From contig JBCBZJ010000002.1 of the NCBI GenBank assembly GCA_039815375.1, forward strand, positions 207,920-271,919: a DNA stretch of 64,000 bases, written 5' to 3'. Made by a program: the position numbers and the translations under genes. The notes beneath the pieces were generated by a model. That model searched no databases and was not told the origin of the DNA. It was given only the letters and a program-made list of their open reading frames with translations. Positions 9,227-18,720 of the stretch are shown here, piece after piece (positions within the stretch are counted from its first letter, which is position 1; each line of letters opens with the position of its first letter). The DNA is from Verrucomicrobiota bacterium (lineage in GTDB: Bacteria > Verrucomicrobiota > Verrucomicrobiia > Opitutales > Coraliomargaritaceae).

Positions 9227-11253
9227 CTGGTCGAAGGAATCAAAAGTGAAGGGAGTTCGATTTCGACATCCCATTCGTGTTTATCGTCTCTCGGATAGAG
9301 CCGAAGGTAACCTCCATGCTCGGATACGATCTTATTTGCAACGGAAAGGCCCAGCCCTACGCCAGTATAGCGTGTTGTGAAGAATGGCTCGGCGGCTTGT
9401 TCGATTACTGTAGAGCTAAGACCCGAACCGCCGTCTCGTAGTTTAATACGTAGAATACCTTCCTCATCTTCTGTGAGAACAACCTTGATCTCCTGCTTGT
9501 CGGGTGCGGCTTGCATTGAGTTGATAAACAGCTCTTCGATGGCGTAAGTCAGTGCCTCACTATTACCCTTTAGCTGCGAGCTTCTCGACTGATTGTCGAA
9601 AGTGAGCTGCGCACTGGAATTGCCAAGTTGACTACGAGCCCGGTCAAATGCGTCTTCTACAAGTTGCGCAAGCGCAAGTTCATTACTTCCGGCCAGCGAG
9701 GACTGAGCCATGTAGAGCATCTGCTCGCTGAAACGTTTGATGCGGGCAGTCTCCTTGATGATAGAGTTTTTAAGAGAGGCCTGGAAGTTTGGTTGATCGA
9801 TTTTTTTGTCGATTAACTGAGCATGGGTTGAGAGCGGGACCAACGAGTTGCGAATCTCGTGGGCAAAGCGTTCCGCGATTAAGCTGATAAGTTTTTCCTT
9901 TGTGCTATCGACTGCGCTTTGCTTGTTGGCCTCGATCTTTGTGAAATCCTCGACGATGACCATCGTCGGTCGCGGAAGGAGGACGAGCTCGCCCTTCTGG
10001 GTGAAAGGGAATATTGAAACACGGAAGATACCGTCACCTTCCGGACCATCTATTTCGAAGGGCTCGGGCAGTTCACCTTTCTCCACTGCGCGGTGTATCG
10101 GACTGGCAAGCTTATGTGGGAGTTCGGCAAAGTCGACCTGTCTCTTAGTATCCGAATTTTCGATACGCAAGAAACGTCGAGCGGCATCGTTGGTATAGAG
10201 GATCTGAAGGTCTTCACCGCAGACAAGCGCCCCACTTGACATAGAGTGCAGGACATTTTCGATTAGTTGACCATGCTGTGCGAGCTCGCTGTGCAGACGG
10301 CTGTTACGAATCGCGAGTCCAAGTTCTTCCATTAGAACGTAAAGTAGCTCAAGCTCGTCATCAATGAAGCTTCGCCCCGTCACCGGTCCGTTGAGGACTG
10401 CGATTCCAATCGAGCCTTCACGATCGCTGATCGGAATAGCGATATCACAGCCTAGAATTGCAAATTCCTTCTCGGTATTTCCGGCTGACACGCTGAACGG
10501 CGGTGCAGTTTGCCTCTGTCTATGAAGAATACGCGGCCGTTCGCTGAGCTCTTTGCCAATTCCCACATCTCGGCTCAGTTGAAAACAATCAATCAAATCT
10601 GTGGGCAGTCCGAGTGAGGCAATGCATTCGAGATGATTCGTTGTGCTTTTCCGGACGACACTTTGCTTAGCTGAGCTTTCGAGAAAGATACCGATTCGAC
10701 TGAAGCTGATGTGATCTCGAAGCTTGAGAATGAAGTGTTGAGTGAATGCTTTGTAGTCCAGGCTGAAGCTAAGGATGTGCGACAGATCCCGAAGGGTTCG
10801 GAGTGTTGAGGCAGTATCGGCTGTAGTCTTGACTATTGGATATTTTGAACCTTCCGGTGGTTTGGATAGATGGCTCTCCTCGGCGACCGGGTCTTTTTGT
10901 AGAAGGCGTTTCAAGGTCCGAACCGGCACAGGCTCGGCGAAGTAAAGATCGGCACCTTCATCAAAGGCGGTGGTTTCACTGGCAAGGCTGTATTCCGGCA
11001 CGAGAACAATGGTAAAAACATCTTCCCGTGTTTCGCGAATATCGCGAAGATGGCGCTGCATGATTTTCTCACCGCTTTCGGCGTAGATGATTATCATGTC
11101 AAAGGCACCTCGCTTGATTGCAGATTGCGCTTCATTCGGGGAGCGGCGGATTACGATTCTTTGCTCCGGAGCCGAAAAGGCTTCCCGCAGATTCAGCGGG
11201 ATAGAGGCTTCGTTTCTAATGAATAGAAAATGACTCACGTGATCTTTTAACAA
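9223..11253 (-). CDS. cytoplasmic sensor histidine kinase (degenerate REC-GAF-PAS-HisKA-HATPase)
   Basis: H-box FAHEIRNSL, N-box ELFINS, DGGSG, PFFTTR..GVGLGL. No TM helix. The receiver-like N-terminus lacks an obvious phospho-Asp. Confidence 0.85.
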   Translation of the reverse strand: MLKDHVSHFLFIRNEASIPLNLREAFSAPEQRIVIRRSPNEAQSAIKRGAFDMIIIYAESGEKIMQRHLRDIRETREDVFTIVLVPEYSLASETTAFDEGADLYFAEPVPVRTLKRLLQKDPVAEESHLSKPPEGSKYPIVKTTADTASTLRTLRDLSHILSFSLDYKAFTQHFILKLRDHISFSRIGIFLESSAKQSVVRKSTTNHLECIASLGLPTDLIDCFQLSRDVGIGKELSERPRILHRQRQTAPPFSVSAGNTEKEFAILGCDIAIPISDREGSIGIAVLNGPVTGRSFIDDELELLYVLMEELGLAIRNSRLHSELAQHGQLIENVLHSMSSGALVCGEDLQILYTNDAARRFLRIENSDTKRQVDFAELPHKLASPIHRAVEKGELPEPFEIDGPEGDGIFRVSIFPFTQKGELVLLPRPTMVIVEDFTKIEANKQSAVDSTKEKLISLIAERFAHEIRNSLVPLSTHAQLIDKKIDQPNFQASLKNSIIKETARIKRFSEQMLYMAQSSLAGSNELALAQLVEDAFDRARSQLGNSSAQLTFDNQSRSSQLKGNSEALTYAIEELFINSMQAAPDKQEIKVVLTEDEEGILRIKLRDGGSGLSSTVIEQAAEPFFTTRYTGVGLGLSVANKIVSEHGGYLRLYPRDDKHEWDVEIELPSLLIPSTR

Positions 11254-11306
11254 TATGTTCAGCTTTTTTTTAGGATTGCAAAGCTGTTTTTCTCGAAGGT
11301 TCCCTG

Positions 11307-11346
11307 TATGCGACGGACAATGGGTTTAATGGGGATTTATGCGACG
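11307..11346. promoter_or_regulatory. direct repeat TATGCGACG x2 (31-bp period) in divergent promoter region
   Basis: Exact 9-mer at 11307-11315 and 11338-11346. Confidence 0.35.
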
Positions 11347-11418
11347 ATTTATGGCCTGAGAGCTTCACCAATAATAAACGTTGCCAGCCTGATCCGATTC
11401 CAACAAAAAAAATCGGCA

Positions 11419-13083
11419 TTGGATAAACTTAAGGCATCTTCCACACCAGATGTGACCAGTCAACGCGTTACCTTTGAGGGTCCACACGGCATGCAGATCG
11501 TCGCCTACATTGACGAAGGGCCTAAGGAAGATTGGAACGGTAAGTTCATTCTACTGGCCCCTCGCTATGGTGAGTCGAAGAAGAACAACCTCCAATTGAG
11601 CTACGTTCTTGCTTCGAATCACTTCAAAGTGATGCGCTTTGACCATACCAATCACATAGGTGAAAGCGACGGCACGATGGAGTGGTTTACCATTCATGGT
11701 GCTGCCGAGGATATCATTGCCTGTGCCAATCATCTTGACATGTACTATGAGCCTAAGGAGATCGCTTTAGTCTCGTTGAGTCTGTCGTGCCGGAGTGGTT
11801 TGAGGGCCTGTGCGCGCGGTTGCCCAATTTCCCGTTTTGTCAGTGTGGTGGGGATGGTCGATTTGGGAAAGACCCTGAACGCAATCTATGACCGCGACAT
11901 GTTGAAGGCCTACTCGGAAGAGAAATGGGAGAGAGTTGATATTCTGGGATTTGATATCAATGGCGCAAATTTCTACGACAGTCTATTCCGGGAGAATTTG
12001 CAGGATCTTTCCGGAGCAATTGAAGATGCCAAAAAGACGAGTGTGCCACTGCTTCACCTTCACGCAGAGAATGATAAATGGGTGGATAGCAATGACGTCG
12101 AGGAGCTGATATCTCATTGTCCAAAGGGCCAACTCGAATTTGTTTCCGGTGTAGCACATGAGATAAACGAGAATCGTGATGCGTTTGCCAATGTCATTGC
12201 GCGGATCATTGCCTTTTGTGCTGGAGTTGAGAGTGGGCCGGTTCGCCAACCTGAAAAGCGGTGTCTGATGAAGCAGAACAAGGCTGAGCGTGAGGCTCTT
12301 CAGAAGATGTTTTCTTTCAATCAATCGGAGGCGGAATTCTGGGGTGATTATCTAAGCAAATTTGGAATTATTGAAGAGGCAGAATTCTACGTTGAGTATT
12401 TTAAGAACATGTCGGAACTGCTTGGCGCGGTAAGGCCGGGAGATACAGTACTGGATGCAGGCTGTGGTAACGGTTTCTTTGGTCTTAGCCTTTTGCATAG
12501 TGCAGCAAATCAAATAGCACCGGGCGGTCCAATTTACTATTGTGCCTTGGATCTTTCTCATGATGGGCTGGCCACGTCCTATCGTCGTCATGTTAGCGAA
12601 TATTCCCGATTGATGCAGATGAGTTTGCGGGCTTCGGGAATCGGAATGACCTATTCAAGGGTTAATCTTGACGGGAGTGAGCAAGAAGAGGACTACCAGT
12701 TGCATTGTCGTGATGGAAGCTTTTCAAAAATCTGCAGCAGTCTGGTCGTTTCCTATCTTAAAGACCCGAGCTGGTTGTTCCGCGAGATCTTTCGACTGCT
12801 TAAACCCGGAGGTGTTGCAATTGTATCCAGTATGAAACCGGGATGCGACATGACAGTTCTTTACCATGAATCGATCACGCAGAAACACACCTCTAATCGG
12901 GAATCGGGAGGACGCGCGCTGCTCAGTGCAGCGGGAAAGATTAAATTGAAGAAGGACTCGGGTATTTATCATTTTTTTAGTAGAGCTGATCTGCAGAGAG
13001 CCGCATTTGATGCGGGATTCACGGATATTTCTGCGCATAGGAGTTTCGGCAATCAAGCGAATGTTGTCCGCCTAGTTAAGTGA
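11419..13083 (+). CDS. LuxD-like acyl-ACP thioesterase/acyltransferase fused to class I SAM methyltransferase
   Basis: N-half follows LuxD: RFDHTNHIGESDG..FT, SLSLS nucleophile, VGMVDL..TL, AENDKWV, GVAHEINEN. C-half has VLDAGCGNG, SLVVSYL and RLLKPGG. Start uncertain (TTG 11419 or GTG 11452; track gives 11308). Confidence 0.8.
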   Translation: MDKLKASSTPDVTSQRVTFEGPHGMQIVAYIDEGPKEDWNGKFILLAPRYGESKKNNLQLSYVLASNHFKVMRFDHTNHIGESDGTMEWFTIHGAAEDIIACANHLDMYYEPKEIALVSLSLSCRSGLRACARGCPISRFVSVVGMVDLGKTLNAIYDRDMLKAYSEEKWERVDILGFDINGANFYDSLFRENLQDLSGAIEDAKKTSVPLLHLHAENDKWVDSNDVEELISHCPKGQLEFVSGVAHEINENRDAFANVIARIIAFCAGVESGPVRQPEKRCLMKQNKAEREALQKMFSFNQSEAEFWGDYLSKFGIIEEAEFYVEYFKNMSELLGAVRPGDTVLDAGCGNGFFGLSLLHSAANQIAPGGPIYYCALDLSHDGLATSYRRHVSEYSRLMQMSLRASGIGMTYSRVNLDGSEQEEDYQLHCRDGSFSKICSSLVVSYLKDPSWLFREIFRLLKPGGVAIVSSMKPGCDMTVLYHESITQKHTSNRESGGRALLSAAGKIKLKKDSGIYHFFSRADLQRAAFDAGFTDISAHRSFGNQANVVRLVK

Positions 13084-15206
13084 ATACTTATTTAACTATA
13101 TCCTCATTAGTTAATACATTTTCAGGGCTACTTTTACTAAGTCTCCTATTTTCTTCGCGTGGAATCGACCGAGTAAAGTCGCGTTTCATACTGCTCACAA
13201 TCAGTGTAATCGGCTGGTCTTTTTCTTATTTCCTCTGGCGTATTTCGGACTCCGCCACACTTGCGCTTTTATATTGTCAATTTCTCACAGTCTTCTCGAT
13301 CTTTTCGCCGATTACCTTCCTTGATTTTTGCTTGGAGCTCGTCGGCTTGCGTCGGCGGATGCCAGTCTTTCTTGGATATCTGCTTTGCCTGGTGGTCGCT
13401 CTTATGGTCGCAGCCGGATATGTCGTTGAAGGTGTCGAATCTAAATACGGACATGTATTTTGGCCTGTGGCCGGTGAACTGTTTTACGTCTACATCATCT
13501 GCTTTGTACTTACGGTCGCTTTAAGTTGCGCCGTTTTGTTTTACGGCACGAAAAAGCACATTGGGCGACGTGCTTCAGACTGCACTTTTGTATTCTGCAC
13601 CGGGTTGATTGGTTTTCTTGGAGCAGCGACCAATTTTCCACTTTGGGTCGATATCCCAATGCAGCCCTTCGGTAATATCCTCGTTGCTGTCTATCTCGTG
13701 ACGATCGGACACGGATTATACAGTCAGCGGATTTCCGGTATCAGCACCGATGTGTATAAAGCCTTCGTTGGTATTTTTTTGAACGCTTCAGCGACCTTGT
13801 TCTATCTGATCCTGGTGGCGCTCTACCGCACCTTGATTGAAGAACCGATGGCAAGTGACGAATTTTGGTTCCATGGGGTCTTTGCGTTTTCTGCCAGTGC
13901 CTTAGTCTTTTGGGGTGTCCCGAAATTGAAAGTTCTAAGCGAGCATATTGTGGAAGGGGTGTTTCGTCGGGAGATCAATACTGCCCTTGCAGAGCTGCAG
14001 GCCCTCCCAACCGAGCTTTCGGAGCTTGGCGAGATTGATGCAATTGCTCAGGTCACCGCCGACACAATAAAGTCTTCACTCGGTGTCTCCGGTGTAGCCG
14101 TGTATCATAATGACGAATTTTCCAGCGAGTTTCGCTGTATCTATTCGAGTGGATCCTTCTCCAGAGATGTAAATGGCTACAAGATTTTAACCACGAATCC
14201 AGTTGTCGAGAGATTGAGTCTAAGGCCGGAGTGCCTTGTTCTGAATCACGTCGCTGATGACTATCGAGAAGCTTTTTATAAGGCACTCGTTTTGCTAAAG
14301 AACGACCTTGGGCTGACAGTTGTGGTGCCTATTTTCGCGAGCCATCAAATTTATGGCCTCATCTTTTTGGGTGGGACAGATCAGCCACGCCCATGGTCGG
14401 AGGAGGAAATTGCTACGCTTTTTAACATTGCCGCACAGATAGGATTAAACATGCGAGCTCGTGACTTTGAGCGACGTTCCAGTGAGATTGATAAGCTGGT
14501 CGCTCTGGGCACGATGGCTGCAGGACTCTCTCATGAGATTCGTAATCCATTGGTATCGATACAGACCTTTGCATCTCTGCTCAAGAAAGGGAAAAGTGTT
14601 GAAAAGCTTCCGGACGATTTTCGCGAAGTCTTGGTGCGTGATGTGAAGCGAATCGAGAGTATCGTTGATGGCGTAGCCTCATACTCCAAAAACCAAAAAG
14701 GGCGAAAAGCACCGATTGATATACGCGAAGTAGTCGAATCCAGTTTAAGGATTTACGAACAAGCTGCTGATGCTCAAGGGATTGAATGGAAGCTGACGTT
14801 ACCCCGAGAGGGTGAGGCCATCGTTATGGCGAATTTTGATCAGATGGTGCAGGTGTTCAATAATCTGATTGAAAATGCGATTCAGGCGCTCGCTGTTCGC
14901 GCAAAAGGTGAAATTGAGATTGATTTAGGGTTACGAAATCTCAGTAAACAGGGCTCTCGACGATGGGTTGAAATTTCTATCGCGGACAATGGTGACGGGG
15001 TTCCTGATTCGATTATCGACCGCATTTTTGATCCCTTCATGACGTCGAAGGATACGGGTAGCCGTGACGAAAAGCAGGGCATGGGTCTTGGGTTGGCCAT
15101 TTCGAAACGGATTATCGAGAACCATGATGGGGCAATCTCCGTATCAAATTTTCCTGGTGGCGGTGCAAAATTTGTTGTCTCGCTGAGGCTTTTTGATTCG
15201 AAGTAG
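13080..15206 (+). CDS. membrane sensor histidine kinase (HisKA_7TM-like multi-TM N-terminus, GAF, HisKA, HATPase)
   Basis: About 280 aa of hydrophobic helices, a GAF-like segment, LGTMAAGLSHEIRNPL, NLIENA, DNGDG and GMGLGLAI. GTG start overlaps the upstream TGA. Confidence 0.92.
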   Translation: MNTYLTISSLVNTFSGLLLLSLLFSSRGIDRVKSRFILLTISVIGWSFSYFLWRISDSATLALLYCQFLTVFSIFSPITFLDFCLELVGLRRRMPVFLGYLLCLVVALMVAAGYVVEGVESKYGHVFWPVAGELFYVYIICFVLTVALSCAVLFYGTKKHIGRRASDCTFVFCTGLIGFLGAATNFPLWVDIPMQPFGNILVAVYLVTIGHGLYSQRISGISTDVYKAFVGIFLNASATLFYLILVALYRTLIEEPMASDEFWFHGVFAFSASALVFWGVPKLKVLSEHIVEGVFRREINTALAELQALPTELSELGEIDAIAQVTADTIKSSLGVSGVAVYHNDEFSSEFRCIYSSGSFSRDVNGYKILTTNPVVERLSLRPECLVLNHVADDYREAFYKALVLLKNDLGLTVVVPIFASHQIYGLIFLGGTDQPRPWSEEEIATLFNIAAQIGLNMRARDFERRSSEIDKLVALGTMAAGLSHEIRNPLVSIQTFASLLKKGKSVEKLPDDFREVLVRDVKRIESIVDGVASYSKNQKGRKAPIDIREVVESSLRIYEQAADAQGIEWKLTLPREGEAIVMANFDQMVQVFNNLIENAIQALAVRAKGEIEIDLGLRNLSKQGSRRWVEISIADNGDGVPDSIIDRIFDPFMTSKDTGSRDEKQGMGLGLAISKRIIENHDGAISVSNFPGGGAKFVVSLRLFDSK

Positions 15207-15211
15207 GTCTG

Positions 15212-16645
15212 ATGTCGGAATTGCCTGAAATCGGAACGGACAATCAGAGTGTAGAACCTGCAGCATTGGCGGGTCATTATCTGAGGGTTTTTGCGAGTGC
15301 AGTTGCTTCGATGTCAGATTTTGAAGGATTTATCGATGCATTGAATGGTCTGGTTCGGGACGATACTTTCTTTCTCGGCACTGCGGAACTCTCGAATGCC
15401 TTCGCTGATGGTGACGAAAAGTTTCCAGACTTTGAGACTCTGGACAGTTCTGAGACAGTTGTCGCGGTTGCAGGTGATGCGGGAAATTTGGGATACCTTA
15501 AATATTCCGGTCGACAGGACAAACAACCCTTTGGAGCAGAAGATATGCACCTCATGGGTTCGATTGCCGGTTTTATCTCAGCTCTTATTTCACAAGCGCA
15601 TGAATTCAGGCAAAAGAGTAAAGCTGACAGGGTACTTCAATTTCTGATCAACCAGTTGCCGTTAGGAGTGATTTGCTTTGATTCTAAGGGAGATGTTTTA
15701 GTCCAGAGTAATTCTGCAGCGAATCTCGTAGGTGATGCGGGAGCTGCGATTCTTGCGGAGTTGATCAGTTCGGAAAAGACTTTCGTCAAGGATCGTGCGA
15801 GACTCCACTTTGAGGCCGGAGGAAAATTGGTTTATGCAGAGGGTCGTCGATTGCAGGTCGAAGAGGGCCTGAAGGTCGTTGCCTTTTTGCTCTATGATAT
15901 GTCGGCTTCGCGCGAGAAGTTGTTAGTTGATCTAGAACGTGAAGCTTACCGAAGCGAGGCTCGCGGCACGTTTCTCACGCTCGCTCTCCTTGAGATGGAC
16001 GACGAAGCAGGCAAGGTGTATCGCACACTCCGCTCTGCCGCCAAAAGCCTTCAGATTGATGTGAGCAAAATACAACCGGTAGATGCCTACAGTTGTGCTT
16101 GTGTATTTGCCGGTAAAAGGATGCGTGCAGTCCGTTTCCTTCTCAGGGCTTTACTGAACAAGGCGGCGACTCCCGTTAAAGTGTCAATTGTTCAACACGA
16201 AGGCGCCACTTCCGAGGACAATCCGGCAGATATGATGCTTGAAGTAGCGAAAGAATCTCTTGCGGTAGCAGAGGTTGCATTGTTACCGAAGCTTCTGGTG
16301 CTGGACCCTTATCCGGCAATCTTCGATGCGCTTACTGTTATTACAAATGAAGTTTGCCAGTTAGACGCGGCACAGTCGGTTGAGTCAGCTTCTACATTGC
16401 TGGCGACAGGTCGCTACGATGGAATTTTTGTCGATTTGGATAGCTATCATTTAGATGAGATTGCAGTGCTTCGTGAAGCGGCAGTTTTAGCCTGCGATGG
16501 TTTCAAGTTTTTGTATTGCAGCCACAAGCAACCCGGTATGGCCCGTCATAGCAATGCATTGAGACCTGAGGAGATTGTTCTCCAAAAACCATTTCATGCT
16601 GATAAGATCGTGGAAATCCTCTCGCTTCAGTTTGATTTAGCTTGA
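15212..16645 (+). CDS. multidomain signalling protein (GAF-like/PAS/degenerate GGDEF-like/C-terminal receiver)
   Basis: PAS-like LINQLPLGVICFD; C-terminal receiver with LLVLD, GIFVDL and LQKPF. The middle domain is tentative. Confidence 0.6.
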   Translation: MSELPEIGTDNQSVEPAALAGHYLRVFASAVASMSDFEGFIDALNGLVRDDTFFLGTAELSNAFADGDEKFPDFETLDSSETVVAVAGDAGNLGYLKYSGRQDKQPFGAEDMHLMGSIAGFISALISQAHEFRQKSKADRVLQFLINQLPLGVICFDSKGDVLVQSNSAANLVGDAGAAILAELISSEKTFVKDRARLHFEAGGKLVYAEGRRLQVEEGLKVVAFLLYDMSASREKLLVDLEREAYRSEARGTFLTLALLEMDDEAGKVYRTLRSAAKSLQIDVSKIQPVDAYSCACVFAGKRMRAVRFLLRALLNKAATPVKVSIVQHEGATSEDNPADMMLEVAKESLAVAEVALLPKLLVLDPYPAIFDALTVITNEVCQLDAAQSVESASTLLATGRYDGIFVDLDSYHLDEIAVLREAAVLACDGFKFLYCSHKQPGMARHSNALRPEEIVLQKPFHADKIVEILSLQFDLA

Positions 16646-16701
16646 GCAAGATTCTCTATTGGTGAGCATTCCTTATCGTTCCTATTTCGGATTCCAACAA
16701 G

Positions 16702-17829
16702 ATGAATATCGCTAAGACTGACATCATGACCAAACGATTACTCGTCGTGGATGATGAGGACGGACCGCGACAATCGCTAAATATGATCTTTAGCGACGAT
16801 TACGATGTTACGATCGCGACTTCCGGAGAAGAGGCGATTCGGTTTTCATCGGAGAGTCCTTTTCATGTCGTCTTGACCGATATACGTATGCGCGGGCTCA
16901 GCGGTATTGATGTTTTAAGGGAGGTTAAAAAACTGGATTCCAATACTGAGGTGATTGTGCTGACGGCATATGAAACACTGGAGACAGCTCGTCAGGCTAT
17001 TAGTCTGGGGGCTTCCGAGTATTTGAAGAAGCCTTTTGATATCGAGCATATCCAGAACGTTGTTGATCGCTGCTTTGAGAACTACCTTTTCACGACACGG
17101 CAAGATGCTGTTATCAGGAAAGACGTTAATGCAGCAAAGACCAACTTCCTCGAAATCGTTAGCCATGAACTGAATACCCCGATGAATGGCATCGTAGGTT
17201 TCATTGAATTACTACAGGAAACCAAGCTTGATACAGATCAGACCGAATATGTTGAAATGATTCATGACTGCAGCCTGAAGTATTTTGAACACGTTCAGGA
17301 TATTTTGACTTATGCGAAGATATCGATGAGTGACTGCGAGATATCACGGAGCTCATTCAATCCAGCTACGATGTTATTGAAGCAAATTTTCGAAGCCGTC
17401 CCGAGAGAGGGTGTCGAGTTAACGCATGAGATTACTGAGAGCATGCCGGAGTTTGTCATGGGTCCCGAGCAAGAAATTAGAATTGTATTAAGAAAGCTGC
17501 TCCTTAACGCGCTCAAATTTACCGAATCGGGGACGATCAATGTGTCTCTCGACGCCGTGCCCCTGGGCGGAGGGCATCACATTTTTACTTTTACTGTAGC
17601 TGACACTGGGCCGGGCATCGAAGAAGGCTTGATCAAGGGTGGAAAAATCTTTGATGCGTTCACACAAGGTGACTCATCGCTTAAACGAGCCCATGAAGGG
17701 CTGGGTCTTGGCCTATCCCTTTGCAAAAGCCTTAGTGATAGACTGAATGGTGAGCTTTCGGTCGAGAGTATAGAGGGGGAGGGGAGCACTTTTTGCTTCC
17801 GTTTCGAACTTTCTGAAGGTAGCTCCTGA
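16702..17829 (+). CDS. hybrid response regulator-histidine kinase (REC-HisKA-HATPase)
   Basis: [46 protein letters not shown]. Confidence 0.92.
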   Translation: MNIAKTDIMTKRLLVVDDEDGPRQSLNMIFSDDYDVTIATSGEEAIRFSSESPFHVVLTDIRMRGLSGIDVLREVKKLDSNTEVIVLTAYETLETARQAISLGASEYLKKPFDIEHIQNVVDRCFENYLFTTRQDAVIRKDVNAAKTNFLEIVSHELNTPMNGIVGFIELLQETKLDTDQTEYVEMIHDCSLKYFEHVQDILTYAKISMSDCEISRSSFNPATMLLKQIFEAVPREGVELTHEITESMPEFVMGPEQEIRIVLRKLLLNALKFTESGTINVSLDAVPLGGGHHIFTFTVADTGPGIEEGLIKGGKIFDAFTQGDSSLKRAHEGLGLGLSLCKSLSDRLNGELSVESIEGEGSTFCFRFELSEGSS

Positions 17830-17928
17830 GGTGCTCTCACAGGCAAAATCGATTTGTCAAAAGTAGTGAAACCTCGCAACTTTCCCGGACAACCAGCAAT
17901 TTGATAAAACCATATTCTCTCAAAGCCA

Positions 17929-18318
17929 ATGCAAGTAACGCTTCTTAAGTCCAAGCTCCTTCGTGCCGAAGTTACCGATCGTGCCCTTCATTACGAGGGG
18001 AGTCTAGCGATTGATGCATCACTAATGGAACAGGTCGGGATGCGGCCGTTTGAGAAGATACTTGTTGCCAATATTGCCAATGGGGAGCGCTTTGAGACTT
18101 ATGCAATCGAGGCGCCTAAAGGTTCGCATACGATTTCGCTGAATGGGGCTGCAGCTCACAAGGGCGAGCTGGGCGACCTCTTGGTCATCATTTCATTTGC
18201 GCTGTTTACTGCCGAAGAAGCTGAAACCTGGAAGCCAAGCGTGATGGTTTTGGCCGATGGCAATCAGCGCGTGGTTCGTGTTGATAACCCCAAGGTTAAG
18301 GAAAACGTTTACGTTTAA
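17929..18318 (+). CDS. panD: aspartate 1-decarboxylase
   Basis: LKSKL, YEGSL self-cleavage site, [15 protein letters not shown]. Confidence 0.95.
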   Translation: MQVTLLKSKLLRAEVTDRALHYEGSLAIDASLMEQVGMRPFEKILVANIANGERFETYAIEAPKGSHTISLNGAAAHKGELGDLLVIISFALFTAEEAETWKPSVMVLADGNQRVVRVDNPKVKENVYV

Positions 18319-18529
18319 ATCCTGCGAGGGTGGGTTAGTTTTATCCGAGGTAAGCTTGGGTAGTCAAATTTAGGCATCGCCTCCATGCTGTGTGTTTAGT
18401 TTCTGCGTTTAAACTGTGTCGTATATGTTCTAGATAAGATAAAGAAAACTTATGACAGAGTATTTATTTATTAGAAATAAGAATGAGAATATCGTTGACG
18501 CTCGAGGTCGTTACTTCTACGACAGCTCA

Positions 18530-18619
18530 GTTGATTCTTCGGTAAGTCCCGTGTGATTCGGGCGCTGTCGCGCAACTGTAGTCAGCTTTCGGGCTGCGAG
18601 CCAGAAAACGAATTTCAGC
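18530..18619 (+). ncRNA. cobalamin riboswitch, compact form
   Basis: GGTAA-GTCCCGTGTGATTCGGGC-GCTGTCGCGCAACTGT ... GAGCCAGAAAAC core motifs upstream of a CobN-like gene; TTGACG at 18495. Confidence 0.8.
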
Positions 18620-18720
18620 AACAACAATTCAATCTCCTGCGCGTTATCATGGAGAGGCACACATGGAAATGCTCCTTGTTTTTGCTTTTTTGTGGCGACG
18701 CAACAACCGCATAAAGCAAA

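Noticed and set aside
11351..11367. Possible sigma-54 promoter TGGCCTGAGAGCTTCA
   Set aside because: Lacks the invariant -12 GC (has TC).
11419..12250. Bioluminescence (lux) operon
   Set aside because: Only a LuxD-like domain is present; no luxC, luxE or luxAB in the window.
18479..18497. Fur-box-like AAGAATGAGAATATCGTTG upstream of the cobN-like operon
   Set aside because: Only about 10/19 matches to consensus in AT-rich DNA, with no dyad symmetry.
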